From: Syncephalis fuscata S228
Taxonomy: Eukaryota; Fungi; Zoopagomycota
DNA: 64,000 nt
Assembly (NCBI GenBank): GCA_025786725.1
Contig: JAHLTZ010000009.1
Coordinates: 682,001-746,000 of the forward strand
Direction: 5' to 3'
A program made the translations under genes and the position numbers. Under the pieces are notes generated by a model that ran no database searches, was not told where the DNA came from, and saw only the letters and a program-made list of their open reading frames with translations. Shown piece after piece: positions 13,376-24,129 of this stretch; within the stretch, counting starts at the first letter, position 1; each line of letters starts with the position of its first letter.

Positions 13376-14317
13376 ATTAAAGTAGCAATAAAAAAAATAA
13401 AAAATTACTGAGTAACAATTTTCTAGCCTATTTTTTATTTTATTATGAAGTTGAAACGTGTGTAATGGCAGTAGAGTAGATAGATGTAAAACACGTTTCA
13501 ATACTCTATATTACTTGGAATAACTCAAATGCAATAAAAAACGCTCATACTGTCAATATTTTTACTCTCCCAGCAATTGTTAGCAATAAATCAATCAAGC
13601 CAGTGCTGAGATCTTACTGTGCGTTGTGTTAATGCATAACTCTGTAGACTGAGCGTCAAACGTTTTTAGGCAGCAGCATTCTATTCACGCAGTATACTCA
13701 TCCATCCTATCTGTCTGTACCACTTCATTCTAACCTGTATACTCAGTGCAACACATGCTGGAAACGCACAGCCAAATGGCGCTGTTACCTTTACAGAACC
13801 AATCGAATTTAATTTGGAAGCATGTGGTGGACTGTGTAACAATATTTTATTTTATTGATTGGTCTTGGACCACACATGTACCATCTAATTGTCACATACA
13901 CGTCATCTGAATGAGTAGGCGTAGGCTCATTAAAGAATACTAAAAAACTGAAATCATGCCTTGTTGTCCGAAATGTATTCCATAGAATCATAGAGATGCA
14001 TCTTGATTGGTGTGAACTGTATCTGCAATGTGCTTTCTGCAGATTTTCTCTTGGTGTAAAAGCATTCCATCCTTCACATGAATATACTTTTATTGGTAGA
14101 AATTGCATGCGCAGTCTATTCTGTGCAATAAAAAACATTCGTCTCTTCACTGTCGCCGTAAACTTAAATAGCCCACATCGATTTGCGATTGCTACTACAC
14201 TTTGTCAACTCCTACACACACTCTCTCTTTTCTACTACATATTATTTACCACTACCATTATTTACTACATACTCTCTCTTTTGGTCTACTTGTCTATTCT
14301 AACAAATCAACATTACC

Positions 14318-15507
14318 ATGAATTTTTCCATTGCTACTGTCTGCACTTTCGTCGTGTTTTTTGTGTCCGGTGTAATCTTGGTGGATGCCATGCCATCCCG
14401 AGGTCGTGGTAATATGCTGTACTTATAAGCAACTATTGCAATATTAACCGTTTAATATTTGTTTATATAAACCGTCTGGAACTGCAGGACTAGTCAGAAG
14501 TAAGGAATTTATATGGACAATTGTATATTTACTAATTTTAATCCACTGTCGATATCGATTTAATAAATGTGTACTTGTAGGAGGTATACTATTTTTATAA
14601 ATAAAATATACAAAGACTGACCACGCAGTATTTTCTGATGTAAATTACTAAACCAATATCAATAGATGAGCCACAAGGTATAGCACGACTATAAATTTTT
14701 AATTATATGGCATTACTAACAATGACTTAAAAACTTTATTATTTATAGACAGTAAGTGACTTTAAAGCACAAATTAGTTAATATTTATGCATGTTATTAT
14801 TAATAATTATTTCTAGATCGTAAGTGGCTTACATTATAATTTCATCAATACCTATACATGTGTATTGTTTATAGTTTGTAAGTTATACTATGAAGCAGTG
14901 CTAGTAATACTTATATAAATGATATTGATTACTTATCATCCACAGTTCGTAAGTCGCATATGAAACTATTGCCAATATTACTTACATAAACTATTCCTTG
15001 CTAACTATTTATAGAACGTAAGTTGCCGGACAGGCCAACACAAATGATATTTACACGTGGTATTGACAACTATTATTTGTAGACAGTAAGTTAAATTAAA
15101 ATTGCTATAAGTAATATTTACATATGCTATTGCTAAACTATTATCAATAGTTTGTAAGCTGCAATAAAAATTACTACCAGTGTTACTTATATATGTTAAC
15201 AATCGAATTTTATTTATAGTTAGTAAGTTACATTAAATTTTAACACTACCGATGTTTACAAGTTTTATTGATAAACTATTATTTGTAGATCGTAAGTTGC
15301 ATTACATTTTAATGCCTTATAATTTATATATCCTACTACCTAATTCTTGTTTACAGAGAGTAAGTTACATAATAAGCTAGTTTCATTAATACTTAAACAT
15401 GTTGCTGGTATTCTACTATTTATAGGAGGTAAGCTGAATTCTATCTGTTTACTTAATCTATTTTATATAAATCTGATCAATAATGTATGTTCATATGATT
15501 AGATTAA
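14318..15507 (+). CDS. Micro-exon gene encoding a 51-aa secreted prepro-peptide, MNFSIATVCTFVVFFVSGVILVDA-MPSRGRGLVRR-DEPQDNLFQHIFNQRD
   Basis: Exons: 14318-14408, 14488-14499, 14581-14583, 14666-14677, 14749-51, 14817-19, 14875-77, 14946-48, 15015-17, 15083-85, 15151-53, 15220-22, 15289-91, 15357-59, 15426-28, 15503-15507. All 15 introns are GT..YAG, 55-82 nt and phase 1. The spliced frame is open to TAA. Confidence 0.85.
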
Positions 15508-15976
15508 ATGATCAATCAAGGATGCTGGATCAAAAACCATGGCTGTCATTTAAGCATATTTTAGGTATACGCCTGATTAATAACAAGGTTATTTAACAGC
15601 ACGCTATGTAGTCCCTTGTACACCAAGATCTGGCTTATATCCCGGTCGGTCCACTTTCTAATCGATGGTGCCGTTATATTACTAATAAGATAATATATAT
15701 TATTTATACTAATAAATATTCTTATGCTAATAAACATATCATGATATCTTACAGCTGTGGCATTAATACTTTATTCTTGTTTTTATCTTTACTTGATAGC
15801 AATTAATAGCAAACAAACGGAAAATGCAAACAACAACAAACGCACTCTTATGCGATAAATTATAGAACGGTATAATGGTAAATAGACCAGTACAATCAAT
15901 CCAATTTAACAAAAAAAATAATTGAATTAGACCAGAGTATGATAAATTTTGTTTAAATAAAAAATACAAGTAATAG

Positions 15977-17039
15977 TTTATGCCACGCCATCTAGTCTAT
16001 TATATATTAGTTCATACTATTGTATATAACAGGTGCAATTAAATCTAATGCTAATCCCATTTATATATTGCATTATTATTGTTTATTGAATAATAGTGTG
16101 CTAATGCTTTATTACAGCACTGTTTATCCGTGCCATGATGGACACACGGTGCCACGTCACAATATTACCAACTTGATAGCTTAACTGTCTGGATACATCA
16201 TCTAATTTATTCAAGGCTCAGCTACAAACATACATTTCAGTAGAAAATATGTCACATGAACCGTTTAATATTATGTGCTTCACAATAGCATGGCTGTGGC
16301 TCAGATATGCTAAAGTTGCTTTCCAGCATTTGCTACAATTAAATAAACACAATATTGTATGGCTTTTAACTTTACAGTAGCTAGACTGCTAAAATAAACA
16401 GCCTAATTGAATATACAAGACAAGATAAAAATGCAAGCCATAGTCCATATGCTAGAGCGTATCAATTGCAAAGCACTACTTGTAAACATCCATTAGCACA
16501 AACATTGATTATGCTGTAAAGCAGTATTGTATAAGTTTCCAAACGGTAACAGTATATAGAAACACCTGAGTAGATGTGATAGTATAATAGACTATGTCAA
16601 TCATTTAGGCCAACCATATTGCCGCTATGTTGTTAATGCCTCTGCCAAGTATTCACTAAATTGACTCATAGACAACAAATACATCGAATCGAGATACTTG
16701 TTTATATCAGTGACCGAGAAACAGGTTTTTGAACAAGCAGACTTATTTGGTTGCAAAAATAGTTGGAATGAAAGTTCGTAGAACACACATGAACTTGGCT
16801 ATTGACCAAGCTGACATACACAAAGCATTACTTAACAAAGCTTACTCATTATAAAATGCACATATGTGCTTAATTGACTAGTATAAAGCCACATTTTAAT
16901 ATCATATTAGCGTAATGTAACGTATTTATTAAATAGCTAGTTTGAAGAATTCAAAGTGTTGTTAGCTTCTGTAAGACAAAACAAGCCAGCAATTGGCCTA
17001 TCCTTCAATTAATATGGCATTAATTAGTGTCTTAAAAAG
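15977..17039 (+). repeat. About 1.06-kb near-identical direct repeat, copy 1 (upstream of the extensin-like gene at 17543)
   Basis: Matches 59794-60854 with only scattered substitutions and small indels. Confidence 0.95.
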
Positions 17040-17542
17040 TGAATCACTATTTGTTTCAATAACGTGAATAAAGCCGCTATCGCCTTAATTAAAAAAGACA
17101 TCATAAAAAATTGGCCTTTTGTTCAGTCATCTCCCTAGCATAATTGCGTAGCCTTTTATTGCTTTAATTAATGGGTGGGTCTATTTTAAGCTTTACCAGG
17201 CGGTTGTTCAAGATGTTTTCCTTTTTAAGATGTTATAATCAAGCTATTCTACTTATTGAATCCCATGAAAAAATGCATAAAGTACGACAAATAAATAGGC
17301 CTATATTAATTTACTACTTTGCATAATTTAACTAATGGCATAAATCATAAGTTCATTAAATTGTATATTTAAGGCAATCACATATTTTATTTGACTGAAT
17401 TATTAAAAGTTATAGCTATACGCACGACTCTCCATTCAAAAACTTACGGCCTGAATCTCATATTACTCGATCTTAGCTTATCAGCACATCATTTGTTGAA
17501 CTTTTCTTACAAATCATCATTACGTTTTAATCATCATTCAAA

Positions 17543-18991
17543 ATGTTTAGCAAGCGTACGACACTGGCCGCAATATTGCTTATCGCTGCAACAAGCAATG
17601 TTTTATCCGTCTCGGGTGCGCCATCTATAGATCACAATGCATCAACTGATCAGCCTACTAGTACTGATGCACCTTTCTTAGGATCGAACTCCGATGCCAG
17701 CAATATCTTTAATAGCCAGCACAAAGACTGTTATGGCAATTTTTTGAAAAAACGTTCTTATAATACTGGCTATGGTAACAATATACCTGTTCCAACCTAT
17801 TCAAATCAGTCACCTCCAGTATATGTACCAGAACCAACCAAGTCATATACGTCTATGCCAACTAAAAGCACTCCAGCGACGGTATCAGAGTCGATTACAA
17901 CGTATATACCTACGTTTACTCCAATATCCCATGCACCTGAGCCATCTAAGCCAAATACACCTGTACCTTCTTCACATAAGCCATATACGCCTATGCCTGC
18001 GCCAAAGCCTCATGTACCTGCTCCACATAAGCCATATACGCCTGTGCCTGCGCCAAAGCCTCATGTACCTGCTCCACATAAGCCATATACGCCTATGCCT
18101 GCGCCAAAGCCTCATGTACCTGCTCCACATAAGCCATATACGCCTGTGCCTGCGCCAAAGCCTCATGTACCTGCTCCACATAAGCCATATACGCCTGTGC
18201 CTGCGCCAAAGCCTCATGTACCTGCTCCACATAAGCCATATACGCCTGTGCCTGCGCCAAAGCCTCATGTACCTGCTCCACATAAGCCATATACGCCTGT
18301 GCCTGCGCCAAAGCCTCATGTACCTGCTCCACATAAGCCATATACGCCTATACCTGCGCCAAAGCCTCATGTACCTGCTCCACATAAGCCATATACGCCT
18401 GTGCCTGCGCCAAAGCCTCATGTACCTGCTCCACATAAGCCATATACGCCTGTGCCTGCGCCAAAGCCTCATGTACCTGCTCCACATAAGCCATATACGC
18501 CTGTGCCTGCGCCAAAGCCTCATGTACCTGCTCCACATAAGCCATATACGCCTGTGCCTGCGCCAAAGCCTCATGTACCTGCTCCACATAAGCCATATAC
18601 GCCTATACCTGCGCCAAAGCCTCATGTACCTACTCCACATAAGCCATATACACCTTATTACCCAGTCAACCGATACGGTAATGGATACTCGCAGTATGGC
18701 TCATATGGTTCTGGTTCCTCAAGCGGCTCATATAATGGATACTCACAATCGTATGACTCTCAATATGGCTCATATGGTTCTGGCTCATATGATTCTAGCT
18801 ATTCAGCCTATCCATATAGTGGATATTCGCAATCTTCCGCACCTCAATATGGATCATATGGCTCTGGCTCATATGGTTCTGATTCTGGTTCATATGGTTC
18901 TAGCTATTCAGCCTATCCATATAGTGGATATTCGCAATCTTCCGCATCTCGATATGGATCATATGGCTCTGGCTCATACAGCGGATACTAG
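17543..18991 (+). CDS. Secreted extensin-like Pro/His/Lys/Tyr-rich repeat protein with YGS-rich tail
   Basis: Signal peptide ending VSG|AP, LKKR site, about 13 x APKPHVPAPHKPYTPVP (51-bp repeat, about 17974-18655), Tyr/Gly/Ser C-terminus. Confidence 0.85.
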   Translation: MFSKRTTLAAILLIAATSNVLSVSGAPSIDHNASTDQPTSTDAPFLGSNSDASNIFNSQHKDCYGNFLKKRSYNTGYGNNIPVPTYSNQSPPVYVPEPTKSYTSMPTKSTPATVSESITTYIPTFTPISHAPEPSKPNTPVPSSHKPYTPMPAPKPHVPAPHKPYTPVPAPKPHVPAPHKPYTPMPAPKPHVPAPHKPYTPVPAPKPHVPAPHKPYTPVPAPKPHVPAPHKPYTPVPAPKPHVPAPHKPYTPVPAPKPHVPAPHKPYTPIPAPKPHVPAPHKPYTPVPAPKPHVPAPHKPYTPVPAPKPHVPAPHKPYTPVPAPKPHVPAPHKPYTPVPAPKPHVPAPHKPYTPIPAPKPHVPTPHKPYTPYYPVNRYGNGYSQYGSYGSGSSSGSYNGYSQSYDSQYGSYGSGSYDSSYSAYPYSGYSQSSAPQYGSYGSGSYGSDSGSYGSSYSAYPYSGYSQSSASRYGSYGSGSYSGY

Positions 18992-19572
18992 CAACATCGC
19001 AGCTACCATTATTAAGAGTTTACTTTAATCATGCTTTTACATGCTATTAATTAATAAACTATAGCAGCTTAAACAATACTAATTATTTATTATCTATATT
19101 AAAACAACATTTGCTTAATTGAATTTTTTGCCAATCCAAGCGTAATCGAAATAAAGTATATAATTATAGACATATCAACAGAATACTTTATTAACTAACT
19201 ATATTAAATTATGTTTGCGTAATTCAATATATTCGGTGTTTTCCATCAATTATTAACGCATAGATCGCTGTTAATATAAGATCCGTACTCTAGCAGCTAA
19301 ATTATAAATCGTTAATAATCGGCATACAAATCTATCTTTATTAAATAATAAATAAAAAACATTTTTCATTTTTATCAAGCCGTGTGCAATTAATTATCAT
19401 TTTCTAGCGCACAGCTTTCATTCAAAACGATATGTATATAAATAACACATTAACGAAAGTGTGGATATGCTTGCATTGGTTTGTTTAATAGATTTATTAC
19501 ATAATAATTGTCAAAACTAAAATGTGACATTGGTTTAAGTGGATATCGATAAAAATTAAAACAATAATCATA

Positions 19573-19788
19573 CTTTTACTGCATGGGCTAGGTGCTTCTT
19601 GAAAAGGTAGGCGACATGGGCTAGTATAATTGTGTTAAAATGGGATACGAGCAGTCAGAATTGTGTTTCAAGCTCATAACCACTAAAACTACGTAGCTGG
19701 CTTTGGTTACTCGTATCCCATTTTAACACAATTATACTAGCCCATGTCGCCTACCTTTTCAAGAAGCACCTAGCCCATGCAGTAAAAG
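19573..19788. repeat. Perfect inverted repeat: 79-bp arms (19573-19651 and 19710-19788) with a 58-nt spacer
   Basis: Base-by-base reverse-complement match of the two arms. Confidence 0.95.
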
Positions 19789-20427
19789 CGCTATTGATGC
19801 TATATAATAAATATAATGGGCATGTCGCGTTAAATACCATTTTATCAAGTCACAATTAACCATCCAACACCAAACAAATGATTAAATTTTCTTCAAGCAA
19901 TAAAAACTTGCTCATCGAAAAAACGGTCAGATTTTACGCTTTAAATAAGGCTGCCGTTTATGATCGGCTCTTTCTCGTTTTCCTTTGAGCTTTTCCCTTT
20001 TCTATTCCTTGCTTAGCCTATCACTATTACCGCTGCTGCTTATTGTCGCGTTGAATACCAGCCACTGCCTAAGTAGTTTTGAGTCTATTGTTATAGCAAG
20101 CTATCAACCCGCTAGCCTGCTTGGTCTCTATATTAATTCCAGTGGTCAAACGGCGTAAAACACGCTTTGATAGCTGACGCACGCGTTCTATTTATCCTTG
20201 GGCGCGCTTGGGATTTACCGTTATATTCTCTTACTTACGAATCAAAAGTAAAACATAGTAGCCTATGCATTAGCATATTTATGCCCAAGACTAGTAAATA
20301 GTGCTTACTGTGTTTACCAACAAGCTACAGGCTGTTTTGCTTTTATTGCGCAAAAAGTGCGACTTAGTTATTTATTATCTTTTGGCACTAACCGAAAACA
20401 ACGTGTCATTATTCGTTGGCACAATAT

Positions 20428-21504
20428 ATGCCCGTTGAGCGGCATCTATCTTTAGCAACTACGGTTGCAGCTGCCTCAACAGCCATGTCTTCAGTCCAAA
20501 CGCTGGCATACCGACAAGCTAACGGATGCAAACGCACCGGAAGCGGAAGCGATGTATGGCACTTTAACGAGGCTTCTGTTACACGGTCGCAACCGTCATT
20601 GGAACTTGCTTCCGACCGTCGCCACAGCATAGCAGACATATCCATGGCTGAATCTACAGAGCTGCCATACTGGCATCATCATAATGAGTCAAATGACAGT
20701 ATGGTAACGGCCAACGGTACTCATCGCGTTTATGACGAATGCCATCGCCAAATGAGTTACACGAATGATGCCGCTATTCTCGCTGATTCAGGCCACAATG
20801 ATATCAGCGATAAACAATCCGATAGCAAAATAACAGAACGCTTTCCAGCGCATCAAAGTGAAACATTGGTAAATGCTGACGATCAGCATATGAATTTGCA
20901 TTCTACAAGCCAAATACATCATGATAACAAAACTAATAGTACTAGACACGCAGCGACAGTGCCAATAGCAGCTAGTATGGCACGCACTCAGGCGTCTACT
21001 AACTGCCGTAGACCATTATCTGAACTACTAACGCGTGCTCCATCATTTTATGATAGTCCTGCAGAGTCGCAAGAGGTTGATGACTATGCAACTCTAGGAA
21101 GATGGGCTCAACCTGAGAAAAGAAGAAAGATTGATGCAGAACTAGAAACAGAAATACCGCCTTGTATATCTTCAAATAACACTGCAACCTCTCATTTCTC
21201 ACATCGACGAATTACAACTATGGCATCTATTGAAATGGTAGATGCACCTCCTTTTGAACGTCAGAAGAGCCTATCAGAACATACATCTGGTTTTCTTGAA
21301 TGGTCAGCCAACTATAATGCTGCATTACAGAACTCAAAACAAATGGCATCAACACTGTTACAGCCAATTACTTCTAATGAAGATTATACATCTATAGAAT
21401 CAAATATCTTTGGTTGTAGTTCTCCTGATAACATTAGAAATAACAGAGATACTATAGATGATAATCCATTTGAAACTAATCACCATAGCGAAAATACTGA
21501 TGTT

Positions 21505-21535
<31 letters not shown>

Positions 21536-22751
21536 ATGATCACGAGGATAATGAAAATCGTCCACCACCGGTTCTTCAGCTACCACGTCCTGATGAACTT
21601 GATTGGACTCTACGATTAAAAAACACTGATCTAAATGGCAGCAATGCCAATCGTACCGATGATAACGATAATGACGATGATGATGATGATGATGATGACA
21701 CATCTGCATCACTTGAATATGTTATTAATGATCAAACGCGTGCACAGCCCGATCCTAATTACGCTGCTAATATGTCATTACCATTTGATTTTGAAAAATT
21801 TCGTCGTCGTGTCGTTATTTGGGCTATTCAGGCAAGTCATTTAATATTATTTAGTTAGTAGTACTTTATATTTTATTACTAACTGTACTACAAATGACGA
21901 TGCTTATTGATATAGACATCCGGTGTTCTTGGCTATCATGCGGAAACGGCTTATTTGGCCATCAACTTTGTCGATCGCTATTTGTCGCGAGTTCGAGTTA
22001 TTGACCGACATAACTACGCACAAAATGAATCGGTGGCATTTAAGGATTTCCAACGACTAACGGTCACTGCTCTTTTAATGTCGGCCAAACTTACAGAAGA
22101 AAACCGGAATCCATGTGCTGCTGACTTTGCCTGTTTTTGCGACGGCAAAACTACCCGAGGAGAGATCAAGGTATTTTACAAACCAATTAGCTGTCAATTA
22201 TTAATGAATATGAAACAATAGCGCATGGAGATTGAATTTAGTAAAGTGCTTAATTATCAGTACCGGCCCGTCACGCCACATCGCGTCATCGGAGAAATTA
22301 GCGCGATGATTCCGGCTCTTTCCAGTACACTAGGTGATGAGCTTATTCGTACAGCGTATCAGTATATTGCCACGGCTAGCATTGGTAAGCAATGATGTTA
22401 GCAAGTAGAACGTATATATAAGCGATCTGTTCTAACGATAACTGTACAACAGACTATCGTGCACTTTGTTTTAAGCCGGCAATTTTAGCAGTGGCCGCAC
22501 TGGATCGTGCTTTGGCGGATTTCTACAAAGTAAACCCAAGCATATCACAGCATCAATCGCTTTCATCGTTTTTGCCGCGTACAATATTAGCGCAATTAGT
22601 TAAAGCGGATATGGTAAGTAGTCGCTATTGCTGTTATTGTTATTGTTATCATTTACTGATACTGGTTGTTTAAAAGGCTGAAATCGAAGCGTGTGCGGTC
22701 TATCTTAATGAGCTGCTTTCCTGTCAATGGTTTTCTGGATTAGCGATGTAA
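20428..22751 (+). CDS. Cyclin with long disordered N-terminus and cyclin box, 5 exons
   Basis: RRRVVIWAIQ|TSGVLGYHAETAYLAINFVDRYLS, FQRLTVTALLMSAKLTEE and IK|RMEIEFSKVLNY. First intron is GC-AG (donor 21832). Confidence 0.88.
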
Positions 22752-22956
22752 TATGTAGCGTATTTTTATAAAACATGATGTTTAAAATCCTTGTTGGCCA
22801 AGCTTCTGTGTATGATTTGTGATATAAATATTTTTACTGTGTACAAATTGGCGATAAAGCATATTCCAATTGGAGATTATACAAAAAATACAATAAAATA
22901 TGTTATAGTGATAGTAATTAGTTTATTATTGCCGTGTATTAAAAAAGTCTTTCTTT

Positions 22957-23906
22957 GATTTATTGACTTGAATTAAAAGCAGAAGGTGAATAAAACAATA
23001 ACGCTTCTTTAGCCGTGATATATACTAGAATGACCACGAGAGTGACAGCAGAGAGAGAAAGCAAAGTATATGGCTGTTCTAGTTATATAAATAATACCAT
23101 AACAGCGGTGATAGTGGCAATTTAATGATTACATCCAGTAATGTTCGCTTTATTAAACTAGCTTTTTGTTTTATTGAAGACGGGGCCGAGTGGTGAAAGC
23201 TATTAATGATCAACTCATTTAATCTCATTGTCACTTGGTAGTCAAATGGCTTTATTTAATAACATTTGTTCTATTGAACATGATGATGGGTGGTGAGTGA
23301 CATCAGTGATCAAATACTCGTTACTATCTAGTATGCATATATCCTCCATCCATCTATAACACTAACGCTGTATATTTATATAAATTGCAATTTATAGCCA
23401 ATCGATATATATTTAAACTGACTGCAGTTCGGAATAACATGTAACTATTAGACGATAAAATAATATACCCTATAGCGTATATACAACATCAAACATATAT
23501 GCATGAGCGAATGAACGAGATTAGTTGAACGTTATAATAATAAAGCTAAAGCAAAAATAAAAATAGTTTTGGACAGAACATGACTAAGTGAGTATAGAAT
23601 GATATAGAATAGTATGAATATGCAATGGGAAAAGTATAAATATTGATATTGGATTTATAATGCATATATTATAATGCGTGGAATGAGTGAAGTGTATTGC
23701 CGCATATAACAAATATAATGTGTCTAGTGTATTGTAGAATGATATGTAGCAATGTGGGATAGAATGGGAATAATGCAAGTAAATGGAGGATATATGCATA
23801 TTGGATAGTGAATCTACAATAATGAGTATTTGATGATTGATGTCACTCACCGCCCATCATCATGTTTAATAGAGTATTATTAAATCATTTACTATTAATG
23901 CAATAG
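22957..23906. repeat. 950-bp inverted repeat, left arm
   Basis: Reverse complement of 30707-31656 with only a handful of mismatches. The same 88-aa spurious ORF appears in both arms on opposite strands. Confidence 0.95.
23271..23872. mobile_element. Non-autonomous long-TIR (MITE/foldback-like) element
   Basis: About 80-90-bp imperfect TIRs, CTATTGAACATGATGATGGGTGGTGAGTGACATCA...TGATGTCACTCACCGCCCATCATCATGTTTAATAG; no coding capacity; diverged relatives elsewhere in the window. Confidence 0.7.
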
Positions 23907-24129
23907 CCTCAACAACAATAAAACAATCAGCTAAATAAATAAACCATTAGTATTATATTTAGTTCTTATATCTAAGTATTTATAAATACAAGTGTAATTT
24001 TTTTATAATAGACGATATGCTGCCTTTTTACAGCATTACACAATTTAAATCAATAAAAAGCTGTGTGTTGGTTTAAGGTTTTATTAATTGAATGTTCAAA
24101 ATACACGGTATGCAAATAAAGTTGTTTAT

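Noticed and set aside
13996-14412. 138-aa ORF in the track
   Set aside because: No recognisable features; it overlaps the 5' region and signal-peptide exon of the micro-exon gene in another frame.
14740-15440. CRISPR-like periodicity
   Set aside because: Eukaryotic context with no cas genes; the conserved part is splice acceptor plus donor around 3 nt, not a CRISPR repeat.
17772-19028. Overlapping long ORFs on both strands
   Set aside because: Alternative frames of the stop-free 51-bp repeat.
23584-23850. Identical 88-aa ORFs at 23584 and 30763
   Set aside because: GTG-started, low-complexity ORFs inside the duplicated TIR element; identity reflects the DNA duplication.
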